Source: Terriglobia bacterium (GTDB lineage Bacteria > Acidobacteriota > Terriglobia > JAIQFV01). From it: a stretch of 64,000 nucleotides of DNA. Both the position numbers and the translations under genes were made by a program. This document shows positions 46,902 to 55,110 of this stretch, in pieces (the first letter of the stretch is position 1; the number at the start of each line of letters is the position of its first letter). The notes under the pieces are model-generated. The model did not search any database. It worked only from the letters and a program-made list of their open reading frames with translations, and was not told where the DNA came from. The stretch lies in the NCBI GenBank assembly GCA_028716525.1, contig JAQUPQ010000014.1, positions 14,544 to 78,543 of the forward strand, read 5' to 3'.

Positions 46902-48497
46902 CTATTTCACTGCCAGAGTCGGAAAGACTCGGTTTCTTCCCGCCTGTTTGGCTGCATACAGGGCTTCGTCGGCGACACGAATTAGATCCACAGGGGACCG
47001 CGCGTCGTCGGGGTATGTTGAGACTCCCAGGCTGACGGTGGTGTGCAACGTGCCCTGTTTGTTGTAGTCCGAATAGTCGCGGTCCTGGATTCGACGCCGC
47101 AGTTTCTCGCCCACCGCCAAGGCATCGGGTTTTGAAACGTTCAAGAGAATCACGCTGAATTCCTCGCCCCCGTAGCGGGCCACAATGTCGATAGCCCGCA
47201 ACGATTCGGTCAACAGTTGGGACGTCTGCTTGAGAATCTCGTCGCCGTTCTGGTGTCCATGCAGATCGTTGACGGACTTGAAATGATCCAGGTCGATCAT
47301 GATAAACGAGCAGACATAGCCCAAACGTCCGGCCCGATGCAGTTCAATTTCAAGCTGCTCCATCAAAAAGCGATGGTTGTAGAGTCCTGTGAGGCCGTCA
47401 CGGTTGGCGCGGTCATGGATCTCGTCGACCCAGCGGGCATTGGCCAGCGCAATCGAGGCGTAATCCGCGACCGCCATCAGGACGCGTTCATCATTTTCAC
47501 TAAAGGCCTGCGGCCGATCACTCTGCACATCCAGGACGCCGAACACTTCCCCTTGCCGCCTCAAGGGAAGCGCCAGTTCCGACGCGATGGGATGCTCTGA
47601 AATCAGTTCTCCTGTCACATAGCGGGAATCCTTTTCCACGTCTGCCACATTGGCAATTTTGCCGTGAGTAGCGGTCCACACGGAAATGCCGGGACCGGTC
47701 AAGGAGAGCCGTATGGAGGGAGTCGCCTCGCGCGGACCGAATCCTTTTTGGGCCCGCATCACCAGCTCCTGGGAGGCCGGTTCCACCGTCCACAAAGAAC
47801 AATTGAGATAGCCAAATTTTTCCTGAATGATGGAGAGGATTTGATCCACTAATTTATCCACCACCAGAGTGGAGACCAGGGTCTTACCCATCTCCTGCAA
47901 AGCCGACACCTCTTTCATGGTGCTGATATGCCGTTCGCGCTGACGCTTGGTGCGTTCCATGACCAGACATGAGAAAACCATGACGAGGAAAAAGACCGTG
48001 ACGCGCACACCCTCGGCTTGAGTGTCGATTGGTTCCGTACCGTGTTGAGCTTCGTGGAGCAGGAGAGTCAAGTAAGAGATTACGAATAGAGAACTCATGA
48101 CGAGTCCGTCGCGCAGACCGACGAGGCTGACCATGAAAACAAAGGGCAGAAAAATGACGGTAAAGAGCAGACCTTGAGCCTGGTTGCCTGAAATGTGCAA
48201 GAAGTACGTCAACCACAGGATCGAGGTGAACACCGGTGTGTAGATGAAATGCGGGTCAAATGTCAGCTTCTCATCCCAGCGGAGCTGGAGCAGAAGAAGG
48301 AGGAAGAAAGTGTTGGCCAGGAAATAAATGGTGCATGAGATGATTTGGTTGGTGCGGACGGTGCTCAGATCCAGTCTTTGACACAGCCACAGCAACCCGA
48401 TCGCCAGCAGGTATCCCACAGCCGCCAACAGCACGCCGCGGCGCTTGGTTCGGCGACGGGTTTCAGATTGCAATTCGGTTTGTGAAGAAGGTGTCAT
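46902..48497 (-). CDS. Membrane-anchored GAF-GGDEF diguanylate cyclase.
   Basis: It has N-terminal transmembrane helices and a GAF-like segment, followed by a GGDEF domain with an intact RYGGEEF active site and an RxxD I-site-like motif. Confidence 0.85.
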   Translation of the reverse strand: MTPSSQTELQSETRRRTKRRGVLLAAVGYLLAIGLLWLCQRLDLSTVRTNQIISCTIYFLANTFFLLLLLQLRWDEKLTFDPHFIYTPVFTSILWLTYFLHISGNQAQGLLFTVIFLPFVFMVSLVGLRDGLVMSSLFVISYLTLLLHEAQHGTEPIDTQAEGVRVTVFFLVMVFSCLVMERTKRQRERHISTMKEVSALQEMGKTLVSTLVVDKLVDQILSIIQEKFGYLNCSLWTVEPASQELVMRAQKGFGPREATPSIRLSLTGPGISVWTATHGKIANVADVEKDSRYVTGELISEHPIASELALPLRRQGEVFGVLDVQSDRPQAFSENDERVLMAVADYASIALANARWVDEIHDRANRDGLTGLYNHRFLMEQLEIELHRAGRLGYVCSFIMIDLDHFKSVNDLHGHQNGDEILKQTSQLLTESLRAIDIVARYGGEEFSVILLNVSKPDALAVGEKLRRRIQDRDYSDYNKQGTLHTTVSLGVSTYPDDARSPVDLIRVADEALYAAKQAGRNRVFPTLAVK

Positions 48498-49218
48498 CGC
48501 GGATCAGCGAGAACCGCAGGGCCGGAAGCGCCCCAGATTTGACAATAAAGCCGCAGAGGCCGCCAGTCTACCATGTTTAAAGTTGGACGTGAACGGTTTT
48601 ACCTGAAATGGGGGATTCCCATGGTCCGTGAACCACACGACGGATCGGGACAGCCCCGCCATGATCTTGATCCCGTATAAGAATCTCCGCTGGGCATGTT
48701 CGACGGTATTCTTCAAATGCCCGAAAAAATAAAGCCCGCCGGAGTCTATCCGGCGGGCCGGGGAATTTATGTGTCTATCTCAATCGGATGGATTGGACAG
48801 GCTGTCGCTTCCCTTTGCGAGACAGCCTTGATCTAACGGCGGCCACCACAGCGCCGGAAGATACAAGACCTGCGATTACCCAAAAAAATGTCATTGAAAC
48901 AACCTCTTGTCTTTCTCAAATGTGGTCGGAGTTTGTACTGGTAGGGGGAACCGTCCGAGACCCGCCCGCGCGAACTCATAACCCAATAAAATGCTATCAC
49001 TTCTTCGGGGTTTCTCAAAAAAGATTTTTTGAGGAAGGTCCTTATTCCGTTTGCCCGGATGCGGGCCCGTCGCCGAAATTACGCAGAGAACGACGTGTCT
49101 AATTTCGGGGCATTATGTGGCGCGGGGATTTTCAATCTGCTCCGTCGAAGCGTATCCATGTTGGGATCCAGGTTTATGCCGCTCCCGTTGGGAGCTGGTC
49201 GTTCGCGCGGATCAGTGA

Positions 49219-49446
49219 CCTGAGGCTTGCGCCTCAGGCTACTGGTATGCCATCCCCCCATGGGGGATTTCATCTTCGTGAAAATTGTTCATACCGCAAC
49301 CCGGGACCCCGCAAAGCTGCGGCATGAAAATTCGAAAATGCAACGGAAGCCCATCCAACGTCCCTGAAGGGGACGAATTCAACAGCCCAGTCTCCCGCGG
49401 GGGACTGGGTATGGAATCGGCACCACGTTCTAACCCTGAAGGGGTT
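49219..49446. repeat. Cluster of GC-rich hairpin modules: CCTGAGGCTTGCGCCTCAGG, CATCCCCCCATGGGGGATTTCAT-CTTCGTGAAAAT, CGTCCCTGAAGGGGACG, CCCAGTCTCCCGCGGGGGACTGGG and AACCCTGAAGGGGTT.
   Basis: The first about 70 bp are about 90% identical to 12634-12705. Confidence 0.6.
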
Positions 49447-49654
49447 GTGTAAGAGGTCTTCCATTGGCTCACGCCCGATCTTATCCGCCGAAGGGCAGCA
49501 GACCCCTTGGGGCTGTTTTCAGGGAAAGGGCCTACAATCCCCCGCGGCGGATCGTGGCTACCAAAGCACCACGTTTATCTTCGGGAAGGGCGGACAATGT
49601 GGCTTCGACCCCCAGCCCCACCCTTGCAATCCGCCCTTTCCTGTGAAACCATAA

Positions 49655-50590
49655 TTGCAGTATTGCTCGCAAGCGGTGATAACTTTTGAGATGGCGCTGG
49701 ATGAGGTGAAGATCACGAAGAAGAAAGGTTCATTCCTGCAAACTCTATGGCGGAGTTCCGACTCCGGGACTGAGAACGCTTCGTCGGACGCGCCGGCGGC
49801 AAGCAGCAGTGTTTCTCTTTCAGAAGCGGAGTTGTTCAGCCAGTTGCCCCAGGCCGTGCCGGCTTCGTTATTCTTGAATCGTTGGACTCCGGAAGAGCTG
49901 CGAAAAGAACTTGAAAGTTCCGGCCTGTTGTCATCCATTCGAAAGAAGGGATTTCATCATCTGCGGATCGACACTCAGCATGTGGATCCGGACGAACATC
50001 GGCTGCTGGTTTTTGAAGACGACGCGGGCGGATCTTTGAAGCTTTCGGAATTTCGTTTTGAGTTGACACGAAGAGAAATGCCCAAGATGGAAGGCTTCAA
50101 TCCCACCCGCAGTTTCTTCAACGTGCTGAACATCAATTGGGTGTTGTTGCAAAACCCGCGACAGAACTTCACGGCGGATCGCCCTCAATTGCCCGGACAG
50201 GAGCATCCCGGCTTGGGATTGGGTTGGAAAAGCCAACAGTTTCTGGAACGATTAGGCGCCGGTCTGGGCTGTGACGGATTGGAAAATCACCCCCAGTATT
50301 TTCATAACGCCGTGTTTTATTGCAACCGTTACTTCTTTGTGGATCCGGTTCGGCAGGGTGTTTTGTTGGCGATGATGCGTGATTTGGAAGAGACCCCAAT
50401 GAACGTGGCGTCCCGGGCCATTACGGAAGGCAAACTGATGGACAAGATCAGAAACGCGCCCGTCATGTGGGAGGCCGGGTCCATGCTGTGCCCCCTGACT
50501 CGAAGCCTCAAGAAGTTTTTTGATACGCGGGCCTATAAGAAGTTGCGGCAGGAAGCCATCGAGTCTCATCATTTTGGTCTTTCGCTTTAG
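49655..50590 (+). CDS. Hypothetical protein with no domain I can recognise.
   Basis: It is a 311-aa ORF in GC-typical coding sequence, in the same orientation as the downstream TPR-ABC genes. An alternative start is at 49691 (MALDEVKITKKKG...). Confidence 0.4.
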   Translation: MQYCSQAVITFEMALDEVKITKKKGSFLQTLWRSSDSGTENASSDAPAASSSVSLSEAELFSQLPQAVPASLFLNRWTPEELRKELESSGLLSSIRKKGFHHLRIDTQHVDPDEHRLLVFEDDAGGSLKLSEFRFELTRREMPKMEGFNPTRSFFNVLNINWVLLQNPRQNFTADRPQLPGQEHPGLGLGWKSQQFLERLGAGLGCDGLENHPQYFHNAVFYCNRYFFVDPVRQGVLLAMMRDLEETPMNVASRAITEGKLMDKIRNAPVMWEAGSMLCPLTRSLKKFFDTRAYKKLRQEAIESHHFGLSL

Positions 50591-50600
50591 CAGTTGTTGT

Positions 50601-50699
50601 GGGGACAGACACCTCACGCTCAGGATGCTTTGGGACTGGGGACAGACACCTCATGCTCAGGATGCTTGGAAATTGTCGTGCCGTTGATGTCTGTCCCCA
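50601..50699. repeat. Tandem direct repeat: two copies of GGGGACAGACACCTCA(C/T)GCTCAGGATGCTT at a 37-bp period, plus an inverted copy of the core (GATGTCTGTCCCC).
   Basis: It is read directly. The core GGGGACAGACACC is identical to the stem of the hairpin at 15202-15261. Confidence 0.5.
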
Positions 50700-50804
50700 G
50701 TCTCGGAATAGGCGCCTTGATTTTTGGTTTTCATCGGTTCAAAATCCATCGCACGGCCCGGAAGATTTTCGCGAATTGATCTTCACCCACAGGAGGCATT
50801 GATC

Positions 50805-51941
50805 ATGTTTTCGAAAAAGCATGCTGTGGTGATGCTTTGGCTTTTGATTTCGAGCATCGTGGTGTGGTGTCAAACTCCTCCCTCCACTCCACCCATGATT
50901 ATGGCAAACTCGCCCGAGGACAAAGCCCTGCGAGTGATTGAATCGGAGACCGACGCGGCCAAACGCGTGACGCTCCTGGATCAGTTTGTGAAAGACTTTC
51001 CGGCCATGGCATACGCCGTGGAGGTGAACGAGCTCTATACATTTGCTTATCAGTCCCTGAAGGATAATGCCAAGGTGGTGGACCACGCCGAGCGGGCTGT
51101 GGCCATGAAATCCAACGATATCGATGTCTATCCCGTGCTCATCAACACCTTGTTGGACATGCGCAACCAGCCGGAAAAGGCCTATGACTATGCCCAACGG
51201 TATCAAAAATTAGTGCAGGGATCCGATTGGAGTCCCGCGGGTCGCACGATCAGCGCAGACGAGCGGGCGCGCATCCAGGGCGACGCCAAAAGTCTTTTGG
51301 ACGCAGCTCACCTGCAGAAGGAATACAACGATCTGCAAAAAGCATATGCTGAAACCGATCCCGATCAAAAAATCTCTCTTTTGGAAGCGTTTGTGAAAAC
51401 CTTTCCGGATTCCAAACAGGTGTGCAGCGCCTTCACCATGTTGGCCGTAGGCTATCTTCAAAAGCGCGATGTGTCGAAAGCTGCTTCCAACGCTCAAGAC
51501 TGTTTGAAGGCGGAACCCGACAACATCGAGATGGTGGTATTGCTGGCCGATCTTCAGGTGGAGGACAAAACCAAGGCGGCTGAGACGGCGGGATTGGTGA
51601 AGAAGGCGGTGGAGTTGTCCGACGCCTTGGATTCCCAACCTGTTCCCGACGGGCAGACCGAAGCAGATTGGACCAAACGTAAGAATTACATGCGCGGCAC
51701 AGCCCACGGTTTGCGTGGTTACATCGATTTGAAGGTCGGTCTTTATTCCAAGGGACTGCCCGATTTGCAACTGGCTTACAAACTGCTCGGAAACGACTCA
51801 GCAACCTTGTATCGGCTGGGTTTTTGCCTGGCGAAACTGCATCGCAACAAGGAAGCGGAAACGTATCTGACTCAGGCCGCCGGCATGCCGGGCGCATACC
51901 AATTGGCGGCCAAACGCGCGCTGACTCAGTTGGAACGATGA
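50805..51941 (+). CDS. Secreted TPR-like (alpha-helical repeat) protein.
   Basis: An AGGAGG ribosome-binding site lies 8 nt upstream of the ATG at 50805. It has a signal peptide (MFSKKHAVVMLWLLISSIVVWCQ). The body is helical-repeat-rich. The track ORF starts at 50724. Confidence 0.5.
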   Translation: MFSKKHAVVMLWLLISSIVVWCQTPPSTPPMIMANSPEDKALRVIESETDAAKRVTLLDQFVKDFPAMAYAVEVNELYTFAYQSLKDNAKVVDHAERAVAMKSNDIDVYPVLINTLLDMRNQPEKAYDYAQRYQKLVQGSDWSPAGRTISADERARIQGDAKSLLDAAHLQKEYNDLQKAYAETDPDQKISLLEAFVKTFPDSKQVCSAFTMLAVGYLQKRDVSKAASNAQDCLKAEPDNIEMVVLLADLQVEDKTKAAETAGLVKKAVELSDALDSQPVPDGQTEADWTKRKNYMRGTAHGLRGYIDLKVGLYSKGLPDLQLAYKLLGNDSATLYRLGFCLAKLHRNKEAETYLTQAAGMPGAYQLAAKRALTQLER

Positions 51942-52112
51942 GTGGGGCGCGTCTCTCGGTATCTTCCCCAAGAGAATGTCTTGACATCACGGTGATAAGC
52001 CCTATTATTCGGAGCGATTTTCTTATCACGGCCTGCCGCCCCCGGGCGGTTTTTCTTTGTGCGCCTGCGGAAGGCAAAAGCAAAGGGGTTCTTCTTAATA
52101 TCGGATGAACAC

Positions 52113-53093
52113 ATGCCAGCCATTCTGGAAGTCAAGAATCTAAGAAAGATCTTTTCCATCAATGCCGGCCGTTGGAGGGGTAAATCCGCCGGACCCAAGA
52201 CGGTAACGGCCGTCGACGGATTGAGTTTTGCCGTTGAGGAGGGGTCCATTTTCGGTTTACTGGGACCCAACGGGGCGGGGAAGACCACCACTATCGGGAT
52301 TGTAACCACGCGCATTATTCCGACGGAGGGAACCGCCCTGGTCAATTCCATTGATGTGGTGCGCGATCCCATCCGCGCCAAGCAAATCATCGCGGTGGTT
52401 CCTCAAAAGATGAATTTGGATCGCAGCCTCAAGGTCCGCGAGAATCTGACTTTTCATGCCGCCTATTTCGGGGTTCCGCGAAAGATCCGCGAGGAACGAG
52501 CCGATGAACTTTTGGAATGGCTGCAGCTCAAAGACCGCGGCAACGATCGCGTCGACCGCCTTTCCGGAGGCATGACCCAGCGCATCATGATCGCCCGTGC
52601 CTTGATGCATGATCCCAAGATTTTGTTTTTGGATGAAGCCACGGTGGGCCTGGACCCGCAGTCGCGTCTCCTGATTTGGGAAAAAATCAAAGAGCTCAAC
52701 AAGAAGGGGCTGACCATTATTTTGACCACGCACTACATGGAAGAGGCCGACGAACTGTGCCAAACCCTCGCCGTCATCGATCACGGCAAGATCATTGCCA
52801 TGGATACGCCTGAAAATCTGAAGAAACTCATTCCGGGCGGCGAGGTGATCGAAATGCACATGGCTTCGAACACCCGGCAATTGCTGGAAACTTTGAACGG
52901 CATCCCGGAGATTCAGCGGGTCGAGCCGCTGGAGGGTATGATCCGGCTGTACATAACTCCCGGCTCGAAACTGCTGACCCGATTGGTGTCGATCGTCGAG
53001 GATCATGGCTGCGAGTTGCTGGATGTCAAGATTTCTCATCCCACGCTTGAAAACGTATTTATTTTTCTTACGGGCAAAGGACTGCGCGAATGA
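52113..53093 (+). CDS. ABC transporter ATP-binding protein (ABC-2/DrrA-like).
   Basis: It has Walker A (GPNGAGKTT), signature (LSGGMTQR), Walker B (ILFLDEAT) and the H-loop. Confidence 0.85.
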   Translation: MPAILEVKNLRKIFSINAGRWRGKSAGPKTVTAVDGLSFAVEEGSIFGLLGPNGAGKTTTIGIVTTRIIPTEGTALVNSIDVVRDPIRAKQIIAVVPQKMNLDRSLKVRENLTFHAAYFGVPRKIREERADELLEWLQLKDRGNDRVDRLSGGMTQRIMIARALMHDPKILFLDEATVGLDPQSRLLIWEKIKELNKKGLTIILTTHYMEEADELCQTLAVIDHGKIIAMDTPENLKKLIPGGEVIEMHMASNTRQLLETLNGIPEIQRVEPLEGMIRLYITPGSKLLTRLVSIVEDHGCELLDVKISHPTLENVFIFLTGKGLRE

Positions 53094-53860
53094 ATCTGAA
53101 AACCTTTCTGGCGCTGATGCAGCGCGACACGGTGGTGGCGATTCGTGACTTGATCTCGTTCCTGGTCCGGACGCTGGTCCAACCCATGTTTCTACTGTTT
53201 ATTTTCGGCAACGTCATGATGCGCATGAGCCTGGTGACCGGGGGATTCAAAGAGATTCTGGTGCCGGGTGTCACGGCGCTCACCATGTTGTTTGCCGGCA
53301 TGCAGGCGGTCACGCTGCCGTTGGTGTTGGACCTCGGCTACACCAAAGAGATTGAAGACCGCTTGCTTTCGCCCATCGGGGTCCGTTACCTGGCCCTGGA
53401 AAAAATTGTGATGGGCACTCTGCATTCTATTTTCTCAGGTCTGCTGGTGATTCCGTTGGCCAAGGTGATGCTGCACGGCGGGGTCAGCCTGAGCTGGCAT
53501 CAATGGGAATTCACGCTCTTTTTGGCGCTTCTGATCGGTTTGGTGTCTTCGGCGCTGGGACTGACGCTGGGGACCTATATCAAACCGGAGAAAATCGGTT
53601 TGATGTTTTCACTCATCATCGCGCCGCTCATATTTTTTGGATGCACTTATTATCCTTGGGAAGCCCTTTACCGTATTCCCTGGATGCAACGTCTGGTGCT
53701 GATTAATCCCCTGGTGTACATGGCCGAAGCGTTGCGTTCGGCGATCACACCCTCAGTTCCCCACATGTCTCTTCGCTGGATTCTCTCAGGCTTGGTGGTC
53801 AGCTTGATTCTCTTCACCTGGCTGGGAATGAAAGGCTTTCGCAGTCGTGTGATCGATTGA
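53090..53860 (+). CDS. ABC-2-type transporter permease.
   Basis: It is a six-transmembrane-segment protein. Its start overlaps the ATPase stop, as in ATGA. Confidence 0.75.
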   Translation: MNLKTFLALMQRDTVVAIRDLISFLVRTLVQPMFLLFIFGNVMMRMSLVTGGFKEILVPGVTALTMLFAGMQAVTLPLVLDLGYTKEIEDRLLSPIGVRYLALEKIVMGTLHSIFSGLLVIPLAKVMLHGGVSLSWHQWEFTLFLALLIGLVSSALGLTLGTYIKPEKIGLMFSLIIAPLIFFGCTYYPWEALYRIPWMQRLVLINPLVYMAEALRSAITPSVPHMSLRWILSGLVVSLILFTWLGMKGFRSRVID

Positions 53861-53957
53861 TTGTCTGCGGAAGATGCATGGGAAATGTAAACGGATAATG
53901 CCGGTCGAACTGAAGGCTGCCGGCCGAGGAATTCAAGCTCACCACAGGTAATTCACC

Positions 53958-54359
53958 ATGTCGACCTTCAAAAATTTCCGCACCCTCGCCTTGAAAATGA
54001 CCGGTGCGATTGAGAGCGCCCATATGGGGCATCCTGACTTTCGAGTGGGCGGGAGGATTTTTGCCACCCTTCATGCAGACCTAAAATGGGGCATGGTCAA
54101 GCTGACTCCCGACCAACAACAGACCTTTGTTCGTGAAAATGCTAAGGCTTTTTCGCCGGAAAAAGGAGCATGGGGACGGTCGGGGTGCACCCGCGTGCGG
54201 CTGGAGTCCGTTGACGAAGACACTCTCGGGGAAGCCATGACGCTGGCCTGGCAGAACATAGTCAAGAAAGCGGTCGTTCACCGACCCGATTCTTCACGCC
54301 AGCCGCCATCGATCCCATCTTCTCGCCAGCGTCGGACTGGACTGAAGAAGCCTCGTTAA
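53958..54359 (+). CDS. MmcQ/YjbR-family protein (predicted DNA-binding).
   Basis: The sequence MSTFKNFRTLALKMTGAIESAHMGHPDFRVGGRIFATLHAD...GWVRL-type pattern matches the YjbR family. Confidence 0.55.
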   Translation: MSTFKNFRTLALKMTGAIESAHMGHPDFRVGGRIFATLHADLKWGMVKLTPDQQQTFVRENAKAFSPEKGAWGRSGCTRVRLESVDEDTLGEAMTLAWQNIVKKAVVHRPDSSRQPPSIPSSRQRRTGLKKPR

Positions 54360-54388
54360 CACCATCCCCTCAAAGTGTCAGTCACACA

Positions 54389-54558
54389 TCAAACAAGGGT
54401 AGTGACTCATTTTGAATGGGGTGGCGCACACATGCGCTCCAGGCATGTGTGCGGAGTCCCCCTTGTTGATGTACGCACGCATCGTCCGCCACGGCGGCCG
54501 ATGTATGCGCCACCCAGAGGTGAAAAAGAATTCAAAATGAGTCACTACCCAAACAAGC
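54389..54558. mobile_element. Miniature inverted-repeat element (about 150 bp) with 19-20 bp terminal inverted repeats, flanked by an 8-bp direct repeat CAAACAAG (a putative target-site duplication).
   Basis: The left end is CAAACAAG|GGTAGTGACTCATTTTGAA and the right end is TTCAAAATGAGTCACTACC|CAAACAAG. The interior carries nested palindromes (GCGCACACATGCGC...GCATGTGTGCG) and has no coding capacity. Confidence 0.55.
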
Positions 54559-54981
54559 AATCGATTTTCAGGTACACTCTTTTAATCTGTCATGTCGTTA
54601 CACGGGTGAGGTCATTGACCGGTTATTTTTACTGTGCTAGCATGCGGGTGTTCTTCTATCTTACACACAACGAGATGGTTGGCGAAGGGAATGCCGGTTT
54701 CAGGGTGATCATCCCCTAGCGTCGTGGCAGCAGCACGAACAGCAATTCGATAGTGCCACGGGGATGATTTTTCAAGTGGCTTTGAAGATTATTACCGCCA
54801 AGCATCTCTGCAGGCGCAACGCAGGGCGCGATATTGCCTCGAGGCGCCAATTCTGGTGCTTCACGTTTACTACAACGTCCCCGCGGTCTACAACCTGGAA
54901 TCAATAAGAAAATTCACCACAGAAGAACGGGCGTCGGAGCCGGCTGCGGATCTGCCGTGAGCGAAGGTGAGGAATCATGCT

Positions 54982-55110
54982 TAACATCGGCACGAAGCTG
55001 GGACCGTACGTGATTGAGCTGTTTTGGCGGCGTCCGAGCCGCCAGGCGAAATTCCCCGTGAGGAGATCAGGTGGTGGCTCGGCGAAGGTGAGGAATTATG
55101 CTTAACATCG
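54982..55110 (+). other. Decoy upstream ORF of 42 codons. It is created by a 58-bp duplication of the kinase ribosome-binding site, ATG and first 16 codons. Its TAA stop overlaps the authentic kinase start (ATGCTTAA).
   Basis: Copy 1 (54962-55019) and copy 2 (55082-55139) differ at 4 of 58 positions. The upstream ORF encodes [42 protein letters not shown]. Confidence 0.4.
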
